Positions 37,501-51,230 of a stretch of 64,000 nt of DNA are shown piece by piece. The position numbers were made by a program, and so were the translations under genes. Numbering within the stretch: position 1 is the stretch's first letter; every line of letters starts with the position of its first letter. The notes under the pieces were generated by a model. The model ran no database searches. It was not told where the DNA came from and saw only the letters and a list, made by a program, of their open reading frames with translations. Source of the DNA: Camelus dromedarius (Eukaryota); NCBI RefSeq assembly GCF_036321535.1, contig NC_087437.1, positions 23,128,001 to 23,192,000 of the forward strand, written 5' to 3'.

Positions 37501-39439
37501 TCTAGCATATATAGTGCTTGTAAATTTAAACAGGCTATCTGTATTTAAAAGGAATGCACATCACTCATATATAAAACTTTTGTTTTCTTTTTTTAACTAA
37601 AAATGAGGCTTACCCTGGTTAGAAAAAGAACAAAGAAATACATATTCTGGTTTCTTTTCTTTTAGTGACCCTTTCTATCATCATTCTGTAGTTTTAGAGG
37701 ACTACAAATTAAGAACAAACAGAACTCAAAGGATTTTCATCAAAGACATCATTTTTATTTCCTATTATCCCTTTACTTAAAAAAAAATATTGCAGCAAAT
37801 ATTCCACTACCTCTGGACATGTAATTTTGGCAGATACATGACACTTATGAACACTCCCAGGTTACTGAAACTTTTAAAGTCACTTTGTATGTTGCTAATA
37901 TGGCCTCTGCTCAGAAATTAGAGGGACAGCCACATGTCAGAACGAGAACTTTGGAGCTGAATTATAGTTAAATCTTCTCCCCTTCCTTGGCTGGGGGTCT
38001 GGGGCAGGCTGGTGGCTGGCAATGAGAGGCAGAGAAAGGTTGCCTCTCTAGAAAGGTATTATTTTAAGAAGTTTCAAACGCGAGTCTCCTGCAGTCATAA
38101 AGTGAGCACAGGTCAAAAATGTATGTAAGTCATTAATGAGGAAATCAGCAGGCTGGTCAAGCTGATTTAAGAGGTTTTGCAGAATCCACACATTTGCCCA
38201 GGAAAAGAAAGCTGAATTAAGTTTCCTAAATTTGTCCTAGAACTGTAACTTTCAGGTTCTGTTTTCTCCTGGACCGAAATCTGTAAGTCGGTATCCAATT
38301 CTAACGTCTGAGCCCTGATAAGCAGAAATAGTGAGTGAAATAACGATTCCTTCTGGGTAGACCTGTTAGCTGTGCTTGGGCGTGACACAGAAAGGACACG
38401 CAGTCTGCTTTTCCCCCTCTTTCCCAAGTTTTGGATATTTTCCCCTAGCATCCCTGTCTCAGGCTTTTTGTTTATTTATTTATTTTTGTCTTTTTCCTCT
38501 GTTGCTCTGTTTGATTTTTGACCCTGAAGGCTGAGGAGAAAAGACAAGGAAGGGGTAGGAAAGTGTTCCTTGGTTGGTGGTGTCACAAACTAGCATCTCA
38601 CTCTGTGGGCCTGGCAGCTGTTTGACGCTGACTCTCAGAGGGGGGCTTTGGTGGACCTCCAGAGGCCCCCAAGTGTACATATGGTGGTCCTTCCCCTGAC
38701 ATGAGGGCTGATTTTCCCACTTGTTTTCTGTACCCCCAACTCTGCCATCCTCCCCGCTGACTTCTCATGTTTCAGAGATCTCCCCACAGATTGTCTCTGC
38801 TGGAGTTCAAGGGCCTTCCCAAGATGCTTTTCTCTCGGGGCAGTCCTCTTCAGCAGCACTGGTTGGCCCTCTCTTTTGAAAAGGGTTCACATCTGGTCAA
38901 CAGGAAACATTTGTGCTCTCTTTGCCTATACAAATTCTGGGCGGGCAGACCAATCCCAATACAGAAGCAATTCTCATTCTCTGCACAATCCAAGCTCTCT
39001 GGCCAGCTCTCAGGCCCATCTCTCCTGCTTCCTAAGCCTCCTTAGTGGAAGGCAGAACCTACTTTATCGGGTCACCTTCACTGTGAAGAGTGGTCCCTTT
39101 GAACCCTCCTTTCTTCTGACTTGAGTTGCAGAGGAAAGTTTTCCCTCCCTCCCTTTGGGGTAAATGGTTCCTATAGAATTCATCTTGCCCTACAAATTCT
39201 TCCCCCAAATTCTCACTTGACTCTTATATTCTTATTTTTTTAATTTCTCAAATATATATATATTTATTTATCTTACTGGGTTATAATTATTTTTATTATT
39301 CATATGAAGTAACATTGTATGGTTATCAGTCAGTCCCATATACAGAAAAGTAATAACAATCAACGGTCAATTATAATTTATAGTTGCCATAGATGCAGAT
39401 AAAATCTGTCTAAGTGCACTGATTGGCCATATATATATA

Positions 39440-39720
39440 TTTTTTTATTTTATTGATGTATAGTTAATTTACAATGTGTTAGTTTCAAGTATACATCAAA
39501 GTGACTCAGATATACATTATGCATGTGTGTGTATATATATTACTTTTCAGGTTCTTTTCCCTTATAGAATTCCTAAGCCTCCTTAGTGGAAGGCAGTTTT
39601 ACAAGATACTGAATATAGTTCCCTGTGCTATACAAGTAGGGCCTTGTTGTTAATGTATTTTATATATAGTAGTGTGTATATGTTTATCCCATACTCCTCA
39701 TTTTTTCCCTCCTCCCACTC
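39440..39720 (-). mobile_element. 5'-truncated L1 3'UTR/tail (same type as the copy at 58.0-58.7 kb)
   Basis: tattgatgtatagttaatttacaatgtg...caggttcttttcccttatag...acaagatactgaatatagttccctgtgctatac; colinear with about 58015-58310. Confidence 0.88.
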
Positions 39721-39968
39721 TTCTGTATTCTTAATTTGGATATAACTGAAGTGCAGCTTTAAACTTGTATTTTACTTGACAGTGGCTTTTGAAAATTTGT
39801 TTGCCTTGTATCTTGCCTGGGTATCTGATATCCATCCTAATGTTGCAGATGAAACTTCTGCTTTAATAGTCCATGATACAGGTTTTGGGAGACAGGGAGT
39901 CCCCAGGAGACAAGTTCTCGCAGACACGCTGTACTCAATTGAATTTGTCCCAGAATTATTTTATCTGC

Positions 39969-39992
39969 TTTTTTTTTTTTTTTTTTTTTTTT
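39969..39992. repeat. Poly(T) run
   Basis: About 24 consecutive T. Confidence 0.9.
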
Positions 39993-40289
39993 GAGAACTA
40001 CCTGCAGGACACAAAAAAATTAGAGCAGGTGTCTTGGGGCCTGTATCTGGAGGAATATGGGGATGGATGTGAAGAATGCAGGAGTGGAGAGAAGGCCCAG
40101 AGAGGCAGGTGTTCATGCACTATCTTACTTCAATTCCTGATCTAAAGAGATACATGAAATTATAGCACCAAGCCCACCCGATCTCCCCTTCTGCAAGCAG
40201 ATCTGTTCTGTCTTTACTGATTCCAGGCGCTCTCAGCATTTTGACTAGCTATTGCAGAAAACAGTATTCAGAGGGGAGAATTTAGTGTG

Positions 40290-40425
40290 CTGTGTTGTAG
40301 TCTGTAGATTTCTCTTCCCCCTAGATGATAATTGAAGGGAGAAACTATTCTTCTCATCATTGTATCCCCAGCCCCAGCTGGTGCACAGTGGACAATCATT
40401 AAGTATTTACTGAATGAGTGACTAA
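40290..40425 (+). mobile_element. L2 3'-end fragment
   Basis: cattgtatccccagccccagctggtgcacagtggacaatcattaagtatttactgaatgagtga. Confidence 0.65.
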
Positions 40426-43400
40426 GACAAAGAGGGAGGCATGTAGAGGGAGATGTCCCCCAGGACCTTGCCTTCTGCAAATGGGTTTGTCTCTGCTTTT
40501 CCCTTTTAGAAGAGTTGGGACTGGGGAAATAATGCAGGAATAGAAAAGCACGCTTCCCATTGATTGTAACAGAATTTCTTCTATTAACATGATTCCTCAT
40601 TCATCTGTACCCTGTGAATGTGTGTGTGTAGGAGGAAGCTATACAATTATATGGAAAATTTTTGAATAATATGGCATTGCATGTGTGTGTGTGTGTGTAC
40701 CCTTATTTTTATAAACTGTCTGCCTTAGATTAAAAAGTTTTTTTAAGACTATAGTATCATTTTTCATTATATGTCATATTCACATTTAGAATTCATTTAT
40801 TCAGTTGAATAAAATGCCATCAACTTTCACTCTCCTGGGCTTTCTAGGTTTGATCTCCTCTTTGGAAGGATTAGTCTTATTTTTGATCTTTTCTTCAGTA
40901 TGCCAATAGGGTTTTTGAATGCTGCCCTCTTTATTCCTTTTTTCCTTCTATTAAATGCAAAAGAAAACAGTAACCCATATTTAAAGGATGGACATTGTTA
41001 TCCTTCACGGCAATTTCTCTCTCTTCCAGAGATTAGAGTTTACTGTGGTACAGCAGCCCAATAGGATTGTCCTGGAAATGGATTTTCATGTAAAGTATTA
41101 ACTTATGGTATTATGGGTAACAAAAGGAAGGATCAAAATATTATAAAGAGTGAGAAGCTACATGATTATTTTTAATAGGATTGGTGTAATAAATGGTCCT
41201 TAAAGAGCATACATCTGTTCCACTCGATGTTTTCCCTCTGAATTTACCATGAAATGTGTTTTACTGATAAGACACAGCATTCTGATCCAGTATTTCTCTA
41301 AAAGCCTGGTTAAGAGATTTAAAATACAAGATACTGCTACATGGCCTGTGGAACTTCACTGAAAGTCAGAGATTCATTCTGAAATTGAAGGAAACAAAGT
41401 ATGTATTCTACAGGTGTATGTTTTTAGTACCCCTTCCCTCCATTTGGATTCTTAAATATTGACCTTTAAATAAAGACATTTTATGTGAGTTTATATTTAG
41501 ACAATAGCTGCTTGTTTTATGTTGGAAAAAAGGACAAATTTAAAACTTCTCTAATAAAACTGTTTTGGAAAAATTAAAATGCATTAAAATGACAAAAATC
41601 ATTGCAACCCTCAAAAAATGGCACTTCTACTTTTCTGCTGGACTAGAGAGAAAATTTGAGTGGAACTGAGTTGGTCATTGAGTACTTGAACACATTTTTC
41701 CAAGGAGGGGTTGAGTGCAGTTTTAATTCTAGACAAGGATTAAATGCTAGGTTTCAAATGGAAGTTCCCTTCCCCAGGATGAATCTGAAAGTGATCATCA
41801 GTAAAATGAGGGATAATACAGCGTGGATCTGTGCGCATCAAAGCCCCAGGAGAAGGCCAGCAGGCTAGAGCGGAGTATGTGGCCTTAATCTTGTCTCTCG
41901 CTTCCTTTTTTGCTGCCTTCTAGTGAGCCTGTAGCAATCTGTCCTTCAGTCCAGTTGGTGATGGTTCTCCTTCAAGGACATGCATCTCGAATAGCTCAGT
42001 GAGGCAATCCCAGGGACCACAGTGAAATATGTAGGGACTCCTAACTCCTATTTCCTATTGAGTGGAGCTCTCCTTGGACTCCATACATCCATTTTGGAGA
42101 AAATTATCCTTTTAACCAGTTTTGAAGTCTTGATCTGCTCAGATGGTACTTACGGTCAGTAAATCCCCCAACTCATAGCTTTATAATTATAAGAGAGAAG
42201 AGTTTAACTTAAAATGCCTTGATTTGTGACTATGGTCTATAAGGAATAAGTCATAAAGATGAGGTCACAACAGAAAGACAATGGGACGAATTAAAAAAGT
42301 GGAACTCATCGTATCCCAAAGGGAGCACAAGTCAACCATAATTAAATTCTAAAAAAGTTATAAATACGTATTTATATATAAAAGAATGGTAGAGATGGTT
42401 CATATAAATAGATCATCAATGCAGGTTAAGGTAATTATCATGGATAACATCATGTTGGCTCCCATTAGAAATTGGTCAAATAACTTACTCAGATCTGGTC
42501 TCATTTTGGCTTTTCCTATCATTTTCTATTCAACCTGTAGCCATTCAGAACGGGCTTAGAAGAAGAAAGTTTGACTGTGTTATGGTTGGAAAGGTACATG
42601 ATAAATAATGAGAATTTTGGTAGAACGGGCCCAGATTACTCAAAAATGTTGCAAAATCTTGACCAGATAACTTATTTTCTTATTTCACTCAATTGCAAAG
42701 AGAGTCATTGTCAAGTTCAGGTGCTTCCTATACAATATTAATGTGGCAAAGGAAGCAGCTTCTCTCCACTTTATGCTCTGACCTGTCTCTTAATCCCAAA
42801 CTTTAAAAGATATATATTCTAATATTAATACAAATCTACAATTCACGATCACATTTGTTCCCATGAAATTTTTCCACAACTTTTAACTGTCAAGATACCA
42901 AGATATTATTTGCTACTTTGCATCCTCCTTTTTCCAAAGCTGTTTCTTTGTAATCCAAATATCTAAAGAATTAAAAATATATGTGTGTTTTTTGACTCTA
43001 TCTGAGTGACATCTGAATTATATGTAACCTAGAGCTATATTATGGAGTCAGGCTCCTTTTGAGTTTATAGTTTTGGGAGCTAGACATAGCTGATCCTAGT
43101 AATGAGTATTTCCTTTCTTTCTGAACTTTTTTTTTGGGGGGGGAGAACTATTTTAGTGGAATATTTTAATAAGAAAAACAGGAGATTGTATTTTTTAATT
43201 AATCAAATTCCAAATTGTTAACTTAGGGAGTTGTGAGAAATCACTTAGGTCTGCCATCTCATTTGACTCTTGAATGGAATAGGTCTAATATTTTTGGAAG
43301 AAAAATCTTTGTGTGTGTACATCATATTCATTCTCACAAGTCCTTAAGTTAAGTTGGAATATGATAAATTAAAAGACACTACCTGTTGCTTTTCTTTTTA

Positions 43401-44769
43401 GGGGGTTCCATGAAAATATTTCTACTAAAAAAAATGCAATGAAAAGTAAGAAAGTAAAGATGTAATTATTACTAGGATTAGCTATGTCTAGCTCCCAAAA
43501 ATGTAAGCTAAAAAAATTAAATATATATAAACACACATATATATGTATGTATAAACATATGCACACACATACTATATGCCTACTGAAGACATTGCTATAT
43601 AGTTTTAATATATTTATTTGCACATTTCAAGTAGAAATATAATCTAGATGCAATTGTACATTAATTGTTTTATTCTGAAGTAGACTGTTATAAAGGACAT
43701 GTTGGGTGGAATCTTAGAATAGAATAATATGCACTCTGAGATCCTACAAAAAGAAAAAATCCTTTGAGGAGTTACTAGGTAGTTACTCTGTTTTAAGACA
43801 ATATTGTTAAGGTGTTTTAATATTCAAGAAAGACAAACTTTCAGAAGATTGAAAAATCTCACAAAAGTTTTGCTACAGCTTATGTATGTTCTAATGGTAA
43901 TTTCATAAATTATTTTCAAATAATTTGTTCTAGGGTAATATATTATATTAAAAAGAACCCCATAAAAGATGTGTTTTAGCTTGTACTTCACTCAAAGTAA
44001 CTTCCTTTCTCTTTTTCATTTAAATTCTTGATTTTATATTGTCCTGATGCTTGACTTTGTGTTACCACTTGAAGTGCTTCGTGATCGTATAATTGGGACT
44101 AAGTAGGACCAAATACGCTTAAGCTTAATGGTTGCTGCTCACCAACTACATGATTATTGTCAGAGTGGTAAAAATGCAGGATGTCTGTCAAACATAAAAG
44201 AAGCACACACGGGGAGCAGTGTGGGGAAGATGGAAATCACAGCCAGAGGTAATGATTACTCTGCGTGTCTTGCTACAGCAAACATAGCATTTGGAAATTC
44301 ATGAACATTCCTTTGAAATGTCCAAATGTCTCTGCAAAACAAGCCATACTTTAACTATAACACCCATGACTGCACTGCCTACAGACCAAGCCACACATAA
44401 TTTTTGGGAAAGTTCTTTCTATGCAACATCAAAAGAAAGCACCAAAAATCTTTCACTTCAGAATTGGCTTTGTTGACAAATACATTTGAGATACATAATA
44501 CAGGTAGTCCCACTTCTCTGAAACCCAATACTCAATGCCATGCCATGTAATTTTCCTTAAAAATAGTTCAATTTTTAAGTGCAATATGTATCCAACAATA
44601 ATTTTTAAAATGTAGCCATTCTTTGCTAAATACTTCAGAGCACCTGAGTCTTTCTGGAATTTCTCATAAAGAATTAATTACCTCAGACTGATTTTCTAAA
44701 AATCCATTTGGGTTAGTAGTAAGCCCCTCTTTTGGGGAGAGGCTTTGGCTTTTTTAGTAAAAAGGGAGG

Positions 44770-44983
44770 TGAGTCGCATCCATTCCTGTTCGTATGCCCC
44801 TGTGCTGTTCGGGTGCCACCGTGAGCCCCTGCTCACTTTGGTGTCAGCCACCCCACTGTGTCCTGGGACAAAGAAAGCAGCCCCCAGTGCTGCAGTAACT
44901 GAGTCTGAAGATGGACAAACCACAATTTTCCTTATTCCTCTGATCCATGGTAAGTGGTCAATAAACATTTTATGAATGAGGAT
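44770..44983 (+). mobile_element. L2 3'-end fragment
   Basis: Ends gtaagtggtcaataaacattttatgaatga, the L2 terminal motif. Confidence 0.5.
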
Positions 44984-45042
44984 GGAAGGAAGGAAGGAAG
45001 GAAGGAAGGAAGGAAGGAAGGAAGGAAGGAAGGAAGGAAGGA
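44984..45042. repeat. (GGAA)14 tetranucleotide microsatellite
   Basis: Perfect GGAA array read directly. Confidence 0.97.
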
Positions 45043-45439
45043 CACCCTTTATTTTTCAGAATACCGCCATGCAATGCTACTGGGTTTTACTGAAGAAGTG
45101 GTGTGAACTTTTGGCCTTTTTCTTCATTTATTAACTCCCTTCTGAGTATAATCATTAAGTCCTCTGTGTCTGAGAAACGGGGGTCCATTGCAAAGCCCTC
45201 TACCCCATTGTAGTCACAAAATGCCTTCAGAGTCTTAGAAAATAGAGCTTCTGTCCTGTAGTGAAGATGACATTCTGCAGAAAGGGCTGTGGGTAATGGT
45301 GGTGCTGAGATGGCTGTTCTCCTTACTCTATTCACCATTGTTTTCTCAACAATAAATATCAGTATAATCTTCACTCTTAGCTCTTTGCAGTTCTGACAAT
45401 GGTGTCAGAAAACGAGAGTGGCGAAGAGGGCAAGGGAAA

Positions 45440-45630
45440 ATCAGTTCTTCTGAAGGTCTTTATTCTATATCAAGACACTGTTGTCCCTAGAAAGCACAGA
45501 TGTCATCATTCTCTTTTCAAGGGGAGTAAATGAAATTACCAAATGTAACTTGCAAGGTCTTGAAGTTGATGACTTAGAGCGTAAGGATTAGAACCCAGGA
45601 GTGTCTAATTCTAACCAGTGTTATTTCCGT
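45440..45630 (-). mobile_element. MIR fragment
   Basis: gtaacttgcaaggtc...aggattagaacccaggagtgtctaattc. Confidence 0.5.
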
Positions 45631-48600
45631 AATATAATACTTCACCAAATCTTGAGAGACTGAGGGAAGTAGGAGTCATTTGGAGCATAAGGGTCTTTAC
45701 TGCATAGGCCTATGTGGGAAGCATGGGGAATCTGTGAGGGCGGTTTCAAGAAATTAACGTCTTGGAGACATGGAAATGTGGCATGGCTCTATCCAGAGAA
45801 GATCTTGCAAACTGAGCAGTATGACTATTATTGTGAGGTCAGGTGATTTTCCACTGAAATCATTTGCAGAAGTCTTTGGTGTATTGTGGTTTCCCCGTGT
45901 CAATTTAAAAATGAAAGCCATTTCATGGAATTGTGAAGATCAATTAAAACAGGTTTGAGAGAAGAAATATGAAAACAACAAAGAACCATTGAAATATGTT
46001 CAGTTACTTTTTTCACTAGTTTTGAAGGCTACAAATCAAAGTCTACTCAGGTTTAGCCTCTTTTCAGAATATATATTAGATTTAGGAAATCATTTGAGGT
46101 CAGTGTTTCCTGAAGACTGTTCTAAGGTGGTTATTTCCATTGGCTGGAAGTATATGTTATGGGTTTTGTGGTTAAACATGTTTGGGAAGCACAGTTAAAC
46201 ACAGCTTACAGAGAGCCTTCTGTTTATTAATGTATACTCTCCAAGGGTAGCAAGCCTTGTTTGACCAGAACTCATTGAACTTGGACGCTTATACTGAAAG
46301 AATCCCCAAAGAGATAAGTGGTTTCCAAAACCAACAGAACTTCATGTCACATATTCAAAACATTAAAATCTGAACTAATAAAGAGATTGTTTCCTAGAGA
46401 CACTCTGTTACCCTTTTACTGATAACAAAACTTACTGATTAATATCTTACCAGGTAAATACTATGGCCTCTTTCATCTGTATCTTAGCATGACCCTTTCT
46501 GAGTAGCCTTGTGTAGTTTGCTGATTTATGATTGCAAAGTCCACCTCACCTCTGCTGCTGAGAGCTGAGTGCCCTCCTCCCTACTGACCACGAGGTAGGG
46601 GTTGGAGGTTGTATTCATGTGTACCAGAAATCTTGGTTCTAATGTGGTAATGAACTGGAGTGTGGAGTCTCCAACTTTTGGATGAAAAATGCTCCCCATT
46701 TATCCTCTGTAATACGAGTCTTATAAGTAGCAACATCTTTGTTAAAAATCTGACAGTGCAGTTGGTTTCTCTACATCAAACTGTTCTAGTGACCACAGAT
46801 CTACCTTGAGAAATGCCATTTGATTCCAGTGATATATCTTTTCAAATGAGAAAAAATCAAAGCCAGGATATGTAAGTTATTTGCTCAAAGACAGAAGCCA
46901 GTATCTCCTCTGGGGAGAAGTTACCACTTTGGAGGCGCCATAAGAGCTTTCCTCAATTTGCTTGCTCGTTTCCAAAAGAAAATTAATATCCTCATGACTT
47001 AAAAGAGAAAGTGAGCCTGGAGCTTAAAGGATGAAATCATTACCTTTGACAGGCTACAAATATCTAAACTGAAATTTGCCCAAATATGAATTTCTGAGTT
47101 GGAAAATAAAAACCTTGTCTCTGGGAGATTCTGGGAAGAATTTTTTTATGTAGTGCCCCAAAAGTTCTACCACTGTATAAAACCATGCAATAAAAATGAG
47201 ATTAATTGTGTATTGAGCAGACTCAAGAAGGGATGTGAAGTGTGCACTGCTATGGTTTCTGATGAATCTGTTTGTGGGTCAGTAATACAGGTCCCTGAAG
47301 GACTGCAAAGGAAGACCTGTTTTGAACACCATTGTTCATAAGTTAAACTGGTTACCTTGTTCAGTGGATTGAAACATATGGATTTTTTGCATTCTACTAG
47401 TCCTTTTTGTTTCCTTGTGGAGAAAAATAATCATGAAATATCATATAAACTCCAGAGTTCTTTGACAATTCACAATTGAAGATTTCTTTTAGGAACTAGA
47501 ACAGTAATATGATGAGATAGAAGTTAGTGAGGGGGATTCAGTTGGCTCTTCTGAAAAAATTTAGTTTAGATATTTTAATAAGTAGGAATTTCCTCCAGCA
47601 GAATTTTCAGGAAATGGTATTTTTATTTATGGGACAGTGTTGCCCTCACACCTCTCCTCCAGTCTGAGCAGTATCCTCACAGATGAATGATCAGTCTGGA
47701 TGATGCTTTAACAATAAACATATCCTTAAATTAGAACTCAAGCCAGTCCACCTCTTCCCACTCTTTAGTGGCTGAGGATTCATCTTCATTTCATTATCTT
47801 AGTATTAATGCACCTCTCATCAGGAGCTGTGTTTAAATTGAGCTCTGAGAAAGACCTGCCAGCTAAGTTGACTTCCTGACTCTGATGCTGGAACATCTGA
47901 TGACATAGGCAGACGTTCTCCGAAATATTCTCAGCCTGACAGCACTAGGAAAGGATATTCTATTGACGTATGATCTCCAAGGGCAGGGGTTAGGTCTCTA
48001 ATTTCAGGATTTACTTCTTGATTCTGTAAAAAGACGTTCTTCGAGGACTTGTCACCCTCTCCAGCATCTCCACGTCTCAAGTCAGTGGTTTCTTTCTATG
48101 GCACTGCGATTCCTGTGCAGTGGCACCATGGGACCCTTCGTTTTCTCTTCCCTGTCTCTTGCCCTATTTATTTCATGTATTAGTTCATTTACCACACATT
48201 TGTTGAGAAGTTGTTGTGTTCTCTAGTACTGTTTCAGGCAAAGAGTAAAACTTAGAAATTAAGAAAAAAAACATTAGAAGAAAAAGATAAAACAAAGACT
48301 TTCATCGCATTGAATCGGAACTACTGCAAGTGCTCCGTGCTCACCCCCATGCCCCCACTGAAAGTTCATTTAGCTTTGCTTCTGACCATTAGTACTTGAT
48401 TTTTGGCTTCCTACACAGGATGTTAACCCTTTATATGTTGAAATAGTTCCTTTTGCATGGTTAACTACTTCAGGTGTGGCTAATTCTCAATCTTTTACGT
48501 GTATGAGAGAAATCAACACCTTAAAGTTTTCTCTTACAGATCAAGAGGCAGGACTTATTTTATACATTCTCCTAGATTTTCAAATGACCATATTAAGAAA

Positions 48601-49231
48601 TAGAAAATCTCAAGTTCTTCTGCACTGAAATAAATAACACGGTTTAGCCCATTCTTCATGACCCACACTTCCTCAGCAGAATATTGTACAACACCTCAGA
48701 GGAACCTTTTGCAAATTCGGCTGCATGATACCATTTTAAACAGGAATTATATTTTATAGATTAGTCCATGACACTGTCATTGCCCAGATTCCTATGAATC
48801 CACAACACTAATACCAATAGGAGATTTAAACCTTAGAATTATATTTATTAGAGGAGAAGCATTCATGAAACATTGATAGACTTTGACATTTCAGTTTTTA
48901 GTTATATTAATTTCTTATTCCAAACCCTAGTAAATTAATTCAAGAGTATTCCACATCATTTGTCAACTTCTATATGAATTTATAAATCATGGGATATCAG
49001 TCACAAGAATGTAAGCATTCTAACAGGTTACTCTGCTTGCAGGGTCACCTGAAATGTCAGTATATTTATTAAGCACAGTGAAACATGCCTATATTCCTTG
49101 ATTCACTCTTTCTTTGGGGGGGAAGGCTAAAAGTTTATATCTATTTTCAAATGGATTTTAAACATTGTCTCTCAATTCTGCTACATTTCACGGGATAACG
49201 CCTCCCTCCCACTTTTTGGATTTTCAAAAGG

Positions 49232-51030
49232 ATTATATTTATTTTTACTGAGGTAAATTTTTTATGACGTACAGATCTTCAGTGTATAATTCAATGCATT
49301 TTGACTTTGAGTCAGATGAGTCTGACTTCTTTTATGTAATACCTGTTTGTGAGATTCAAGTATCACTAGTTAATTCTTTCATATTACTGAGTAACTTTCT
49401 GTTGAATCTATACACCGTAATTTATTTTTCTAGTCTCTTATTGATTTTTTTTTATTGTTTTCAGTTTTTGACTATTATGAATAAGGCTACTGTGAACATT
49501 CTTCTATGAGTCTTTTGGTACAAATACTTGGAATTGTTGGATTATATATTACATATATATTTAACATTAAAATATATGACAAATTTCCAAATTAATTGAA
49601 TCATATTACAGTCCCCCTTAATGAAGTAGAGTTCCACCTGCTTCACATTTTTAAGTATTTTGGTGTTCATGGTATATGAAGTGCTTTATCATTGTGAATT
49701 TACTTTCTATTTTTATAATGATTTAAGATGTTTAACATCTTTCTGTGGGCTTATTGAACATTTATTCATCTTATTTTTGTGAAATGTCTGTTGAAGTTTT
49801 ATCCCATTTTTCAATTCTGTGTTATATGTATTATTCAATTTTGAGTCTTCTTCATTGGATTCTGGATGCAAGTACTTTCCTGGACACTTGTGCTGAAAAT
49901 ATTTTCTCCCAGTCTGTGCTTTGTTTTTCATCTTTGTAAGACTGTCATTTAATAAGCAAAAGCTTTTAATTTGACCAAGTCCAGATTATATATATTCTTA
50001 ATTTATCTTGAGTGTTTTCAATCCTCACTAAGAAGTATTTGCCTACCTCAGGATTATGAAAATGTTCTGTTTTTCCTCTGGGAAGCCTTACAGTCTTAGC
50101 TTTCAAATTGTTCATCATGTTGATGGTCATCTGGACATCATTTTGGGGTATGGTATAGAACACTGTATTTTGAAGTCCTATTATTAAAGAAACCACACTT
50201 AGGGTTGCTAAGTATTTCTGATAAATTGTCCCATTTACCATTCTTTTTGGTAATGCTTCTTTCTATGAAATCTATGTTGCTTGATATTTCTATAGCCATA
50301 CTATTTCTTACATGTACTGTTTGAGTAGTTTGTAATTTTTGTCCTTTTACTTTCAATCTGTGTCTTTATATGTGATACACTTAACTCTTACTTTTTTATT
50401 CTGTCTGACAGTTTTTGTCTTTTAATTAGCTAGTCTGTTGATATTTAATGCAACCATTGATATTATTACATTTAAGCCTATAGTCTTGCTATTGGTTTCT
50501 CATTCCATTTGTTTGATTTTTATTTTCCTATTTTCCGTTTCCTTTTTCACTCCTCAAATATTTTATTTTTGAGTATTGAAAAGACTTATTAGTTTATTTT
50601 AAATTCTATATCAGTCTTTTAGTTATATGTTTGTGTACTTATTTTTTTATTTGGTTGCTCTAGAACATAGAATACAGTTTAATTGGAGTTAACATATACC
50701 ACATTGTGTAGAATAAAAGAATCTTAAAAATATAATTCCTTCTACTCCTTTTATCCTATAATTTGCTTCTTACAAATATTATAAAACCTACAATGAAATT
50801 TTATTTTTGCTGTAAGAATTATCTTTTTAAAAAAATAGAGAAAAATAGGCAGCTTTTTATATTTACCCACATACCATTTTCTTTATCTCTTTGTATCACT
50901 TCCAGTTTCCATTTATTGTCACTTCTCTTCAGTTTGAATAACTTTTTTTTAGAAGTTTTTACAGTCCTCACCTGATTGCTTCTAAGTCTCTGAGCTTTTA
51001 TTTTTCTGAAAAATACTTTTATGGTTTCTT
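49232..51030 (-). mobile_element. Old, internally deleted L1M (3'UTR, ORF2 C-terminus, ORF2 endonuclease region, upstream sequence)
   Basis: Minus-strand ORF remnants KVKGQKLQTTQ...MAIEISSNIDF (EN-domain-like), YTIPQND...NLKAKTVRL and KNKAQTGRKYFQH (ORF2 C-terminal-like). Confidence 0.8.
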
Positions 51031-51034
51031 ATCT

Positions 51035-51230
51035 TAAGAGCAATGGGATGCCATTGGAGGGATTTAAGCAGGGGAGTTAAAATCACCATTTAATTTTTCT
51101 AAAGATGCTCATCACAAGGATAACTAGTTGAGCACAGGTTGGAGATGGGCCAGCAGGATGCACCAGGGCAAGATGCAATTAAAGTTGCTAAGACAAGGAC
51201 AAGGATGGAAGTGGTAGAGGTGGACGCACA
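51035..51230 (-). mobile_element. L2 fragment
   Basis: aagagcaatgggatgccattggagggatttaagcagggg. Confidence 0.7.

Noticed and set aside
38530..39200. GC-richer segments here and at about 12420-12860, 54290-54630 and 59180-59620 that may be ancient LTRs
   Set aside because: I could not match termini or a family with enough confidence to call them; a Dfam search is needed
44860..44956. Exon-like segment ending in CATG|gtaagt
   Set aside because: The donor-like motif is part of the L2 terminal sequence
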